DNA of 64,000 bases. It comes from Candidatus Babelota bacterium (GTDB taxonomy: Bacteria; Babelota; Babeliae; Babelales; JAUPTZ01). Shown one piece after another: positions 46,939 to 54,474 of the stretch (position 1 is the stretch's first letter; every line of letters starts with the position of its first letter). The translations under genes were made by a program, and so were the position numbers. The stretch is taken from positions 23,106-87,105 of the forward strand of contig JAUPTZ010000005.1 in assembly GCA_030917815.1 (NCBI GenBank), in the 5' to 3' direction. Below the pieces are notes generated by a model. It was given only the letters and a program-made list of their open reading frames with translations, searched no databases and was not told the origin of the DNA.

Positions 46939-49425
46939 ATGATGGGACATCGCTATTTATCACTTCTATGTATGTGTATGTTGATTGCGTGCTGCCTGGC
47001 TGCAAAAGAAGAGGGTACGCAAGGGTCGGTGCAAAAGTTCTCATTTAAAAAAGAAAAAAAGGCTGATGCTTCTGAAACTCGACAAAATGATGCAGTAAAG
47101 ACAATAACACTAAAGTCGGACAGTCCCGTTACACCACAGGAAGGCACAGCGAGTGAAAAAACTCCCTCAAGCGACCAGCCTGCTGAGGGAACGATTTACT
47201 TTAATTTTGATAATGCATCGCTTACCACGGTACTTAATTATCTGGTTGATCGAAAGAATATGGACGTTATTCCACACAAGGATCTTCAGAACATCAAGGT
47301 AAGTCTTGTCTCGCGTGAACCAATGTCACTTGCTGAGGCATGGGAAACGGTGCTTGTATTGATGGAGGCAAACAGCTTTACCATTGTGAACGTCAATGGA
47401 ATTAACCGAGTTGTTCCGCTCAACGCCTCATCTCAAAACTCATTACCCTGCTATAGCTCGATTCGCGGAACCAGGCCACAAGACCTACCTGATACTAACG
47501 CCATATGTCGCTACATTTATTTCTGTAAAAACTTAAAGGTTGATGTCGCTTCAAACATTATTTCGCCCCTTGTAAGTGACAAAGCGGTACAGGTTAACCC
47601 AACATTGCAAGCATGTATCATTACTGATAACTGCAATTATATTAAATCGGCACTTCGTATCGTAGAAGAACTAGACATAAACGGGATGCGACAAACTATT
47701 AAGATTCTTCAATTAAGGCATACCAACGCCGATCAACTTGCAAAGCTCTTGAACGAACAGATCGTACAGGGTCAGCAGCAAGATAATTCTAAAATTCGTA
47801 TCATTGGTGAAGAGAAGAGGCGTGAAATGTCGTTCTTCTCAAAAGATACAAAAATATTCTCAGAGCCTATGCACAATCGCCTCATATTTATGGGTATGGA
47901 GGATGCCATTAATCGCATAATAAATTTCATTAATAAGCACCTTGATGTACCACTTGACGCTGCAAAATCACGGCTTCGCATTAAAGAACTCAAATACTAC
48001 AGTGCACCAGCTATGAAAGAGTTGCTTGATCAAATGATTACACCGCCAAAGGGGCTCGGTGGCACGACCGGACTTGTCGAAGGGGAATACAAATTTTTCC
48101 AAGATGTTGTTATCACACCGGAAACGCCAAGTGGCAGCGGCGGTACCGTTTCAGGAACCGGAAACAGATTAATCATTTCTTGCAATCCTGAAGACTGGCA
48201 ACGTCTCTCTACATTCATAGACCAAATAGATAAGCCACAACCACAGGTTGCGATTGAAATGATGATTGTTGACGTGGAAATTGATGATGAAATTGGGCTC
48301 GGGGGTAAGTTCAGAACACCAAATGGCCTCCTGGGCAATAACATCAATGCTTCCTCTTTTATGCTTGATAGCGCAAGTACTAGCTTAAGTACGGTACCAA
48401 CCAACGTGCTTAATAACATAGCACTCGAGCCAAACTCATCTATCATATCGTTTGGTAATGCGTCATCAGACAAGATCTGGGGCGCTATTCGTACCATGTA
48501 TGGCATTAGCCATAGTAATGTCATTTCACAGCCCTACCTGGTAGCAAATAATAACACCAAGGGCACGGTAAAATCTTCAGTAACGCACTTGATACCAACC
48601 GTTCAAACAAACAATAGCACACAACCGGTGCAAACAGATGTGCCACAATCGGCCGATATCACCGCCCAAATTACCCCTCATGTGAACGCCTCCGGAATTA
48701 TTAAATTGGAAATCCGTATAACCGTAGACGAATTTAAATCGGCAAAAGACTCCAACGCCGATAAAACAAACAGAGAAATCACTATACAAGCCGTATCTAT
48801 GGCGGCTGGCGAAGTTTTAGTTCTCGGTGGACTCGCAAACAGTAAGCATGCAAATTCCACCTGGGCTGTTCCTATTTTGAGCGCCATCCCCATTTTAGGA
48901 AATTTATTTAGAGACAGGACTCGAGAAACCATCAAATCAAATCTCTACATATTCATACGACCAACAGTGATAAAGCCGCACTTTAACCTAGGGGCCGATG
49001 AATATACACAACTAAAACTTGATTATGCAAAATACCAAGTTTTAACCAGTGATGACTCCTCACTAAGCCAAGATCCAATTCAGCGCTATTTATTTGCCCC
49101 AACCCATTATAATATGAAGCAAAAGGCTATAGATAATAAAACAAATCGAATGCCAGTCATTGATGACTTCGCTGAACGTCGTCACCTTCCTAATGAAGTA
49201 GAAATGGCCAAAGACCCGCTCTTTCATAAGATTCAGGAAACATCCGATATCACCTATGAACCAGAAGAGGGATTTGCATCGATGCCTCACGTTAATCCAT
49301 CCGAGTACACTACGCCAGGGATTTTTGAAAATCTAATGTTTGACGACCTTTTCAATGAAAAAAGTCAAAACACTAACACCCCGCAACTACTTGGGAAGCG
49401 ACAGTCGCCCTTGCGCACTCAGTAA
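46939..49425 (+). CDS. secretin 2 (GspD/PilQ family), probable lipoprotein
   Basis: N0-like IYFNFDNASLTTVLNYLVDRKNMDVIPH and secretin core PQVAIEMMIVDVE...VPILSAIPILGNLFRD...LYIFIRPTVIKP. The lipobox LIAC (Cys18) follows a basic n-region. Confidence 0.85.
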   Translation: MMGHRYLSLLCMCMLIACCLAAKEEGTQGSVQKFSFKKEKKADASETRQNDAVKTITLKSDSPVTPQEGTASEKTPSSDQPAEGTIYFNFDNASLTTVLNYLVDRKNMDVIPHKDLQNIKVSLVSREPMSLAEAWETVLVLMEANSFTIVNVNGINRVVPLNASSQNSLPCYSSIRGTRPQDLPDTNAICRYIYFCKNLKVDVASNIISPLVSDKAVQVNPTLQACIITDNCNYIKSALRIVEELDINGMRQTIKILQLRHTNADQLAKLLNEQIVQGQQQDNSKIRIIGEEKRREMSFFSKDTKIFSEPMHNRLIFMGMEDAINRIINFINKHLDVPLDAAKSRLRIKELKYYSAPAMKELLDQMITPPKGLGGTTGLVEGEYKFFQDVVITPETPSGSGGTVSGTGNRLIISCNPEDWQRLSTFIDQIDKPQPQVAIEMMIVDVEIDDEIGLGGKFRTPNGLLGNNINASSFMLDSASTSLSTVPTNVLNNIALEPNSSIISFGNASSDKIWGAIRTMYGISHSNVISQPYLVANNNTKGTVKSSVTHLIPTVQTNNSTQPVQTDVPQSADITAQITPHVNASGIIKLEIRITVDEFKSAKDSNADKTNREITIQAVSMAAGEVLVLGGLANSKHANSTWAVPILSAIPILGNLFRDRTRETIKSNLYIFIRPTVIKPHFNLGADEYTQLKLDYAKYQVLTSDDSSLSQDPIQRYLFAPTHYNMKQKAIDNKTNRMPVIDDFAERRHLPNEVEMAKDPLFHKIQETSDITYEPEEGFASMPHVNPSEYTTPGIFENLMFDDLFNEKSQNTNTPQLLGKRQSPLRTQ

Positions 49426-50639
49426 TGCCACAATGCGTACTTGATGTACTTCACACCGTAGGTTTTTTACTTGCTAGTGGATTGATTGGCACCAGCTTTT
49501 TTATATACACACAGACTGAGCGTGTTCATGTATCCATCCTAACACCCCTATCACCACTGTTCTCAGTAGGAGCAACCCTTGGCGGCATTGGCCTGTACCA
49601 CATGCTCTCAGGCTATTGCTTCTTTGCACTCCTAGCTGCCATAGGATTCGCATGGCATGCTTTTTACCGTACGAGAAATTATATTCCCTTACATGCTGCT
49701 GCCTGTGCGCTTTGTGCCGTAATGACGCTCTGTGTGGATCATCATCAATTTACCGAAAAAAAAGATCTCTTGCTGCAAGGGAGACACACACTGCACGGGC
49801 TCGTCATTGATCGTAAACAATGGGCACACCGACTTAATGCAACGGTAATAACTATTAACCTCACCCATCTGGATTATGCACCCACTAGCGGCCAATTTAA
49901 ATTTTTTGTTTACACTAACCCATCAATAACAGTGGGTGATTATGCGATCTTTTTTCATACTACCGCATCGCCAGCCCCTCAAAAGAAAGATTTTCTCTCA
50001 TATGCACTGCGTGACCACTCTCTAGGCTCTTGCTTTACGCCAATACTACAAGCACGAATATTCCCCACCAAGTCTTATTACAGCCGCTGGATTTCGTGGT
50101 GGTACATCTGGCGGGAAAACCTCTATAGATCACTACAAGAAACTATTCCAGCTATACCATTCACGTACATATCAGCACTCTTTTTTGGCAACAAAGAATG
50201 TGCTGAATTCTTAGACATTCGTGCAAAGTTCACTCGCTGGGGACTAACTCATTATTTAGCTCGCTCCGGTCTTCATATTTCATTACTCATCACTCTTTGG
50301 GTGGGAGTATTCCGATTCATCCCTCTCCCAATCACATTAAAAGCACCGATTTTATTCGCCATACTCTTTCTCTACGACCATCTTTCGTGGGCAAGCATCT
50401 CATTTAACCGAGCACTGTGGCTTTGGTTTTTTTATTTAGGAAGCTGGCTCGTAAAAGCAACAGCAACCCCACTGTTTGGCCTTTCTCAACTCTCATTAGT
50501 AATCCTACTCTATAATCCCTGGCAATCAGGATGTCTTGATTTTCAATTGAGCTTCTTATTGACCATGATTCTTATGATATATGGCTACTATCATCAACAA
50601 TCGTTTCTCCTGTCTTATTGCGCCAAGAAAAAGAAATAG
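49425..50639 (+). CDS. short ComEC/Rec2-like membrane channel protein (no beta-lactamase-fold domain)
   Basis: ALFFGNKECAEFLDIRAKFTRWGLTHYLARSGLHISLL matches the ComEC competence-domain motif (G..H..A.SGLH). The N-terminal TMs plus an OB-like insert resemble DUF4131. The protein is only 404 aa. Its ATG overlaps the secretin-2 TAA (TAATG). Confidence 0.6.
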   Translation: MPQCVLDVLHTVGFLLASGLIGTSFFIYTQTERVHVSILTPLSPLFSVGATLGGIGLYHMLSGYCFFALLAAIGFAWHAFYRTRNYIPLHAAACALCAVMTLCVDHHQFTEKKDLLLQGRHTLHGLVIDRKQWAHRLNATVITINLTHLDYAPTSGQFKFFVYTNPSITVGDYAIFFHTTASPAPQKKDFLSYALRDHSLGSCFTPILQARIFPTKSYYSRWISWWYIWRENLYRSLQETIPAIPFTYISALFFGNKECAEFLDIRAKFTRWGLTHYLARSGLHISLLITLWVGVFRFIPLPITLKAPILFAILFLYDHLSWASISFNRALWLWFFYLGSWLVKATATPLFGLSQLSLVILLYNPWQSGCLDFQLSFLLTMILMIYGYYHQQSFLLSYCAKKKK

Positions 50640-50684
50640 GGTATACAAACGGTTCCCTTTTTGTTTCTTTGCGTAAGGATGTTT

Positions 50685-52124
50685 ATGCTACATAGCTTTC
50701 TAATCTGCTTGCATGTGTTTTTAGCGCTCTGTTGCCTTCCTTCGCTTGGCAGCGCAAAAACAGGACTGCATACAAACCCTCAAAGAGAACGTGCAACCGA
50801 TACTTATGTGCTACCAAAGACACCGGCGCATAAAGAAATTACTCGCGAACTCTCTCCACAAAATCAGCAAAAAGAATGGAATATTTTCATCTATATTGCC
50901 GGCAACAACAACCTCTATCGCTTTATTGAAACCAACATACAGCAGGCATTGGCAATTGGATCAAACAGCTACATTAATATCGTCATCCAAGTCGATAAGT
51001 TTGGCTCCCAAGAAGTAACTCGCTCATTGATACAAAAAAATAATGTTGTTACCTACTGGCGCTCGTCAGATGTACCACAAGCCGAGCGAAATGCTCACCC
51101 AGAACTCTACAACAGCGGGTCGGTACAAAATTTTACCGACTTCCTGCAAAGTGGCATGCAAAAATTTAGCGCAAAAAAACAATGCGTCATCGTATGGAAT
51201 CACGGCTCTGGCGTGATTGATCCTGCTGGTTGGCGCCAGCCACTCAATATCGGCATTCCACCGCTCACGCGCGGCATGGCATTCAACGATAAATATGGCT
51301 ATTACCTCTCAAATCAAGACCTTTCTCAGGCCCTGACAACGGTATCAAAAACCTGCTTAAACAACAAACCAATTGACATTCTTGGGCTTGATCTTTGCGT
51401 ATGTGGGCAAATAGAAATCGCGGCACAAGTTAAAGGCGCTGTTCAATACGTTGTTGCATCACAAGAGGTAGAGCTTGCTTATGGATGGAATTACACAAAA
51501 GCGTTCACTCGCGTATCAAAAGAAATCCGCACACCACTTGAATTCTCCATTGATATCATAAATGCCTATCGAGAAGAATATATTAGCACTATGCCCGACT
51601 ATACCCTGGCCGTGTATGACCTCACCCAGAAGCCCCTTGGAGGACAGAGCACCTATTTTGAATTACTTGAGGAATGCATAAGTGATATCGCCCTCAGACT
51701 TATTATGCTTATGCGTAGCTCACAAAAAAACCTTATACGACAAGTGCTCAGCGATATCCGCAAAAAAAGAACTCTCTGTTGTGATTTTTACTGCAACGAA
51801 TATATCGATCTACACTTGTTTCTCATTAGTTTGCAAAATAGCTTCCGGCAGGTCCTCAACCTAAATGATTTCCGCCACAATTATCCGGACACTGCACGTA
51901 AGATTCAAGACACCATTAATCGCTGCGTACATGCGCTAGAATTTTTGTACAAAGTGGTACCATTCTATAGCTCTGGCATCGCATTTTCCGGCAACCCAAT
52001 GCGCGCAAGGGGCATCTCCATAGCCTTCCCACTCCGTATGGTACACCCCTCATATTACAAAACTACTTTTGGACAAAAAACCGAGTGGGTTAATTTCTTA
52101 AAAGAGTTTCTCCTCGCAAAATAG
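50685..52124 (+). CDS. exported C11 (clostripain-family) cysteine peptidase, paralog 2
   Basis: VIVWNHGSG (His motif), LGLDLCVCG (Cys motif) and a signal peptide. The ATG at 50685 has AAGGA 5 nt upstream, and the track ORF starts at TTG 50661. Confidence 0.65.
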   Translation: MLHSFLICLHVFLALCCLPSLGSAKTGLHTNPQRERATDTYVLPKTPAHKEITRELSPQNQQKEWNIFIYIAGNNNLYRFIETNIQQALAIGSNSYINIVIQVDKFGSQEVTRSLIQKNNVVTYWRSSDVPQAERNAHPELYNSGSVQNFTDFLQSGMQKFSAKKQCVIVWNHGSGVIDPAGWRQPLNIGIPPLTRGMAFNDKYGYYLSNQDLSQALTTVSKTCLNNKPIDILGLDLCVCGQIEIAAQVKGAVQYVVASQEVELAYGWNYTKAFTRVSKEIRTPLEFSIDIINAYREEYISTMPDYTLAVYDLTQKPLGGQSTYFELLEECISDIALRLIMLMRSSQKNLIRQVLSDIRKKRTLCCDFYCNEYIDLHLFLISLQNSFRQVLNLNDFRHNYPDTARKIQDTINRCVHALEFLYKVVPFYSSGIAFSGNPMRARGISIAFPLRMVHPSYYKTTFGQKTEWVNFLKEFLLAK

Positions 52125-52202
52125 CCTCCGCCTTTCATTGCGACTGTGCTAGAATTGTCCACACATAATAATGATGGACTTACTCTGTATGCAGAAAGAA
52201 AC

Positions 52203-52847
52203 ATGATGGAAGTATTCCTAAAAAAAACGGTTGCGGAGCGCCTAGCATATCTTTTTACCCATGAGGGCAACCCCCTTAACGAAGCCCCTGCAGAGCGACT
52301 CGCGCGCCTCAGAAGTTACTACAAAGACTGTCAACGATGCCCTCTTGCCGCCGAAGGGAGAGCACAGGTCGTTTTTGGCGAAGGCTGCCCAACCGCACGC
52401 GTACTTTTTATTGGAGAGGCTCCTGGAAAAGAAGAGGACCTTCTCGGAAGACCATTTGTCGGGCGCTCTGGGCGATTACTTACACGTATGCTTGATAAGC
52501 TAGGCCTCACACGAGATGTTGTGTACGTTGCAAATACGGCCCGCTGCAGGCCACCAGAAAATCGACAGCCAACACCGGAAGAAAGCGGCACCTGCATTAG
52601 CCACATACTTCTCCGCGAAATAAACATCATTAGACCTCAGCTCATTTGCACGCTTGGCGCCACCGCAACCGGTGCGCTTTTGGACATCAAACAAAGCCTC
52701 TCGTCGCTGCGAGGAAAAATTATACAGACAGAGTACTTTTCAATAATGCCAACATATCACCCGGCCTATCTCCTCAGAAATCCGCCAGCCCAAAGTATCG
52801 TCGAAGCCGATTTCTTGAAAATTATCGCGTTTTTGGATGGCAAATAA
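52203..52847 (+). CDS. family-4 uracil-DNA glycosylase
   Basis: Motifs CQRC...GEGC, GEAPGKEED, GRPFVGRSG and HPAYLLRNP. The likely ATG is at 52203, and the track ORF starts at GTG 52146. Confidence 0.8.
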   Translation: MMEVFLKKTVAERLAYLFTHEGNPLNEAPAERLARLRSYYKDCQRCPLAAEGRAQVVFGEGCPTARVLFIGEAPGKEEDLLGRPFVGRSGRLLTRMLDKLGLTRDVVYVANTARCRPPENRQPTPEESGTCISHILLREINIIRPQLICTLGATATGALLDIKQSLSSLRGKIIQTEYFSIMPTYHPAYLLRNPPAQSIVEADFLKIIAFLDGK

Positions 52848-52915
52848 AAAGTCGTGCGGCTATATGATGTTCTCCAGATGTCTCACTTGTAACGATTGCA
52901 CTGTCCGAGTAGGAA

Positions 52916-52969
52916 TGTGGATAACTCTGTGGATAACTTGTGGATAACTTGTGGATTGGATGTGGATGA
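52916..52969 (-). repeat. DnaA-box array, left arm (5 boxes, minus orientation)
   Basis: TGTGGATAA at 52916, 52928 and 52939 (perfect complement of TTATCCACA), plus TGTGGATTG at 52950 and TGTGGATGA at 52961. Spacing is 12/11/11/11 bp. Confidence 0.85.
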
Positions 52970-53057
52970 CATTCGAATGGCGCGTGCCTGAGGAGCAATG
53001 CAAGGACCTGCGCTGGATTTGAGCCACCAGAGCCATTATTGAGAGGGTTGCAAAAAC

Positions 53058-53098
53058 TTATCCACAAGTTATCCACACCAATCCACAAGTTATCCACA
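53058..53098 (+). repeat. DnaA-box array, right arm (4 boxes, plus orientation)
   Basis: TTATCCACA at 53058, 53069 and 53090, and CAATCCACA at 53079. Spacing is 11/10/11 bp. The arm is an imperfect inverted copy of the left arm, sharing a 21-mer (TGTGGATAACTTGTGGATTGG). Confidence 0.85.
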
Positions 53099-53156
53099 TA
53101 AGCCGAAATCCTAAAAATGCCCAAAAACGCAGGGGTTTTACGGCCGAAAGGCGGAG

Positions 53157-53196
53157 TTATCCACATTTTTCCCTTCCCCTACTATTATTAATACTA
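53157..53196 (+). promoter_or_regulatory. terminal DnaA box + C-rich cluster + DnaA-trio-like triplets
   Basis: TTATCCACA (53157-53165), then tttttCCCTTCCC, then CTA CTA TTA TTA ATA CTA (53179-53196). On the complementary strand these read 3'-GAT/AAT-5' in 5 of 6 triplets, as in the DnaA-trio element described for B. subtilis oriC. Confidence 0.6.
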
Positions 53197-53373
53197 AAAA
53201 CGTATGAAATAAAGTAGTTATAGGTAACCCAAAAAATTGAAAAAAGCCGTTACTTCACTTTCTGTGCAAAATCGGTAGACTAGTACCCATAACAGAGTGT
53301 GCTGGTATTTAGACTTCCGGGGCGATAGATTGAGGCTCCGGATTTTTCTTTAAGCGTAATTGGAGTTTATAGC

Positions 53374-54465
53374 GTGAAGCTTGATGAAGTCATAGAATCG
53401 TTACTCGAGGAGCGAAACCTCGATCGAGAGAAGGTTATTGCGGTTATTCGAGACGGCGTTTTGACGGCGTATCGGAAAAAGTTTCCTGACCTGGCGTTCC
53501 AGGCTCGCTATAACACGAAGACAGGCCAAGTAGAAGTTTTGGTAGAGAAGACCGTTGTTTCTGGTGTTCCTGCGTCTTCGGCTGAGATTCCGTTGCGCAA
53601 GGCAAGAATTATTGACGCCAGTGCAGAAATTGGCGGGACCGTTCTTGAGGCGTTTGACCAGTCGGTTGGGCGTATCGAGATGTCTGCGGCGCGGCAGTTT
53701 ATCGCTGGCGGTATCCGTGGCGTAGAGCAGCAAGCGGTCTATGATGAATTCAAAGACAAAGAAGGAACTATCATTAACGGTCGAGTCCATAAGCGTGAGC
53801 GCGCTGGGTATGTGGTTAAAATGGGTGAAACAATGGCTTTCCTCCCGAAATCGTGTACAATCCCAGAAGAGAACTTGCGCATTGGTTATCCGGCGCGAGC
53901 CTTGTTGAAAGAAGTTTTACCAAGCGCCCGCGGGGACCATCAGTTAATTTTAGATCGTGCATCGAGTCAATTCGTACAAAAGCTTCTTGAGCTTGAAATT
54001 CCTGAGATATTTGAGGGAGTTGTCGAAATTAGACAGGTGGTGCGTGTTCCCGGGTATAAATCGAAAGTTGTTGTTTCATCAAACAGCAAAGAGATTGACC
54101 CTGTGGGGACTTGCGTTGGGGTTGGTGGGGTTCGTATCCGACCAATTCTGAAGGAGCTGGGGCAAGAGAAGGTAGACCTTATTGAGTTTACGGAAAATCT
54201 CGAGCAGTTGGTTGCCGAAGCGCTTAAGCCGGCTGAAATTGACCGTGTTGTGGTTGATGAAGATCACGGACGGGCTACTGTGTGGCTTGCGCAAGATCAG
54301 CGATCATTCGCTATTGGCAAGCAAGGGCAAAACATAGCACTTGTTTCTCGCTTGACCGGGTTACATGTTCAGCTGCAAGAAGATACAGCACAAAAAAAAT
54401 TGGCTGCCGGTGTTGACGAATTAGAAGCAATACACGGACAGTCGGAAAACAAGACAGAGGAGTAG
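53374..54465 (+). CDS. nusA: transcription termination/antitermination factor NusA
   Basis: 363 aa with a GTG start. An N-terminal NusA pattern (LDREKVIAVIRDGVLTAYRKKF), an S1-like segment (GTIINGRVHKRERAGYVVKMGE) and KH-like segments (DPVGTCVGVGGVRIRPI). Confidence 0.9.
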   Translation: MKLDEVIESLLEERNLDREKVIAVIRDGVLTAYRKKFPDLAFQARYNTKTGQVEVLVEKTVVSGVPASSAEIPLRKARIIDASAEIGGTVLEAFDQSVGRIEMSAARQFIAGGIRGVEQQAVYDEFKDKEGTIINGRVHKRERAGYVVKMGETMAFLPKSCTIPEENLRIGYPARALLKEVLPSARGDHQLILDRASSQFVQKLLELEIPEIFEGVVEIRQVVRVPGYKSKVVVSSNSKEIDPVGTCVGVGGVRIRPILKELGQEKVDLIEFTENLEQLVAEALKPAEIDRVVVDEDHGRATVWLAQDQRSFAIGKQGQNIALVSRLTGLHVQLQEDTAQKKLAAGVDELEAIHGQSENKTEE

Positions 54466-54474
54466 TCATACGGT

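Larger units (their letters stand above)
52916..53250. other. candidate chromosomal replication origin (oriC)
   Basis: Seven perfect and three near-perfect DnaA boxes lie within 250 bp. They are followed by trio-like triplets and an AT-rich tract (53181-53250) that could act as the unwinding element. The region is a 526-bp intergenic gap. Confidence 0.7.

Noticed and set aside
41897-48524. Antisense ORFs of 160-165 aa inside the secretin genes (41897..42382, 44183..44680, 48030..48524), and similar ones inside the leuS, M16 and M48-like genes
   Set aside because: All are embedded in, and antisense or out of frame to, much longer ORFs with clear family motifs. They have no SD and no recognisable domains.
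52966-52990. TTCGAATGG resembling a tRNA T-loop, and more generally tRNA, rRNA or tmRNA genes (smpB made me look for ssrA)
   Set aside because: No acceptor, anticodon or T-arm pairing surrounds it. I found no GGTTCGAATCC-type T-arms, tmRNA tag-ORF or CCA-end signatures, or rRNA-like stretches in any intergenic gap.
52822-53166. 114-aa minus-strand ORF (repetitive WI..DNLWI.. peptide) and a CRISPR-like or tandem-repeat appearance
   Set aside because: The ORF is produced by translating through the DnaA-box arrays. The repeats are 9-mers at ~11-bp spacing that match TTATCCACA, not 25-40-bp repeats separated by unique spacers, and no cas genes are present.
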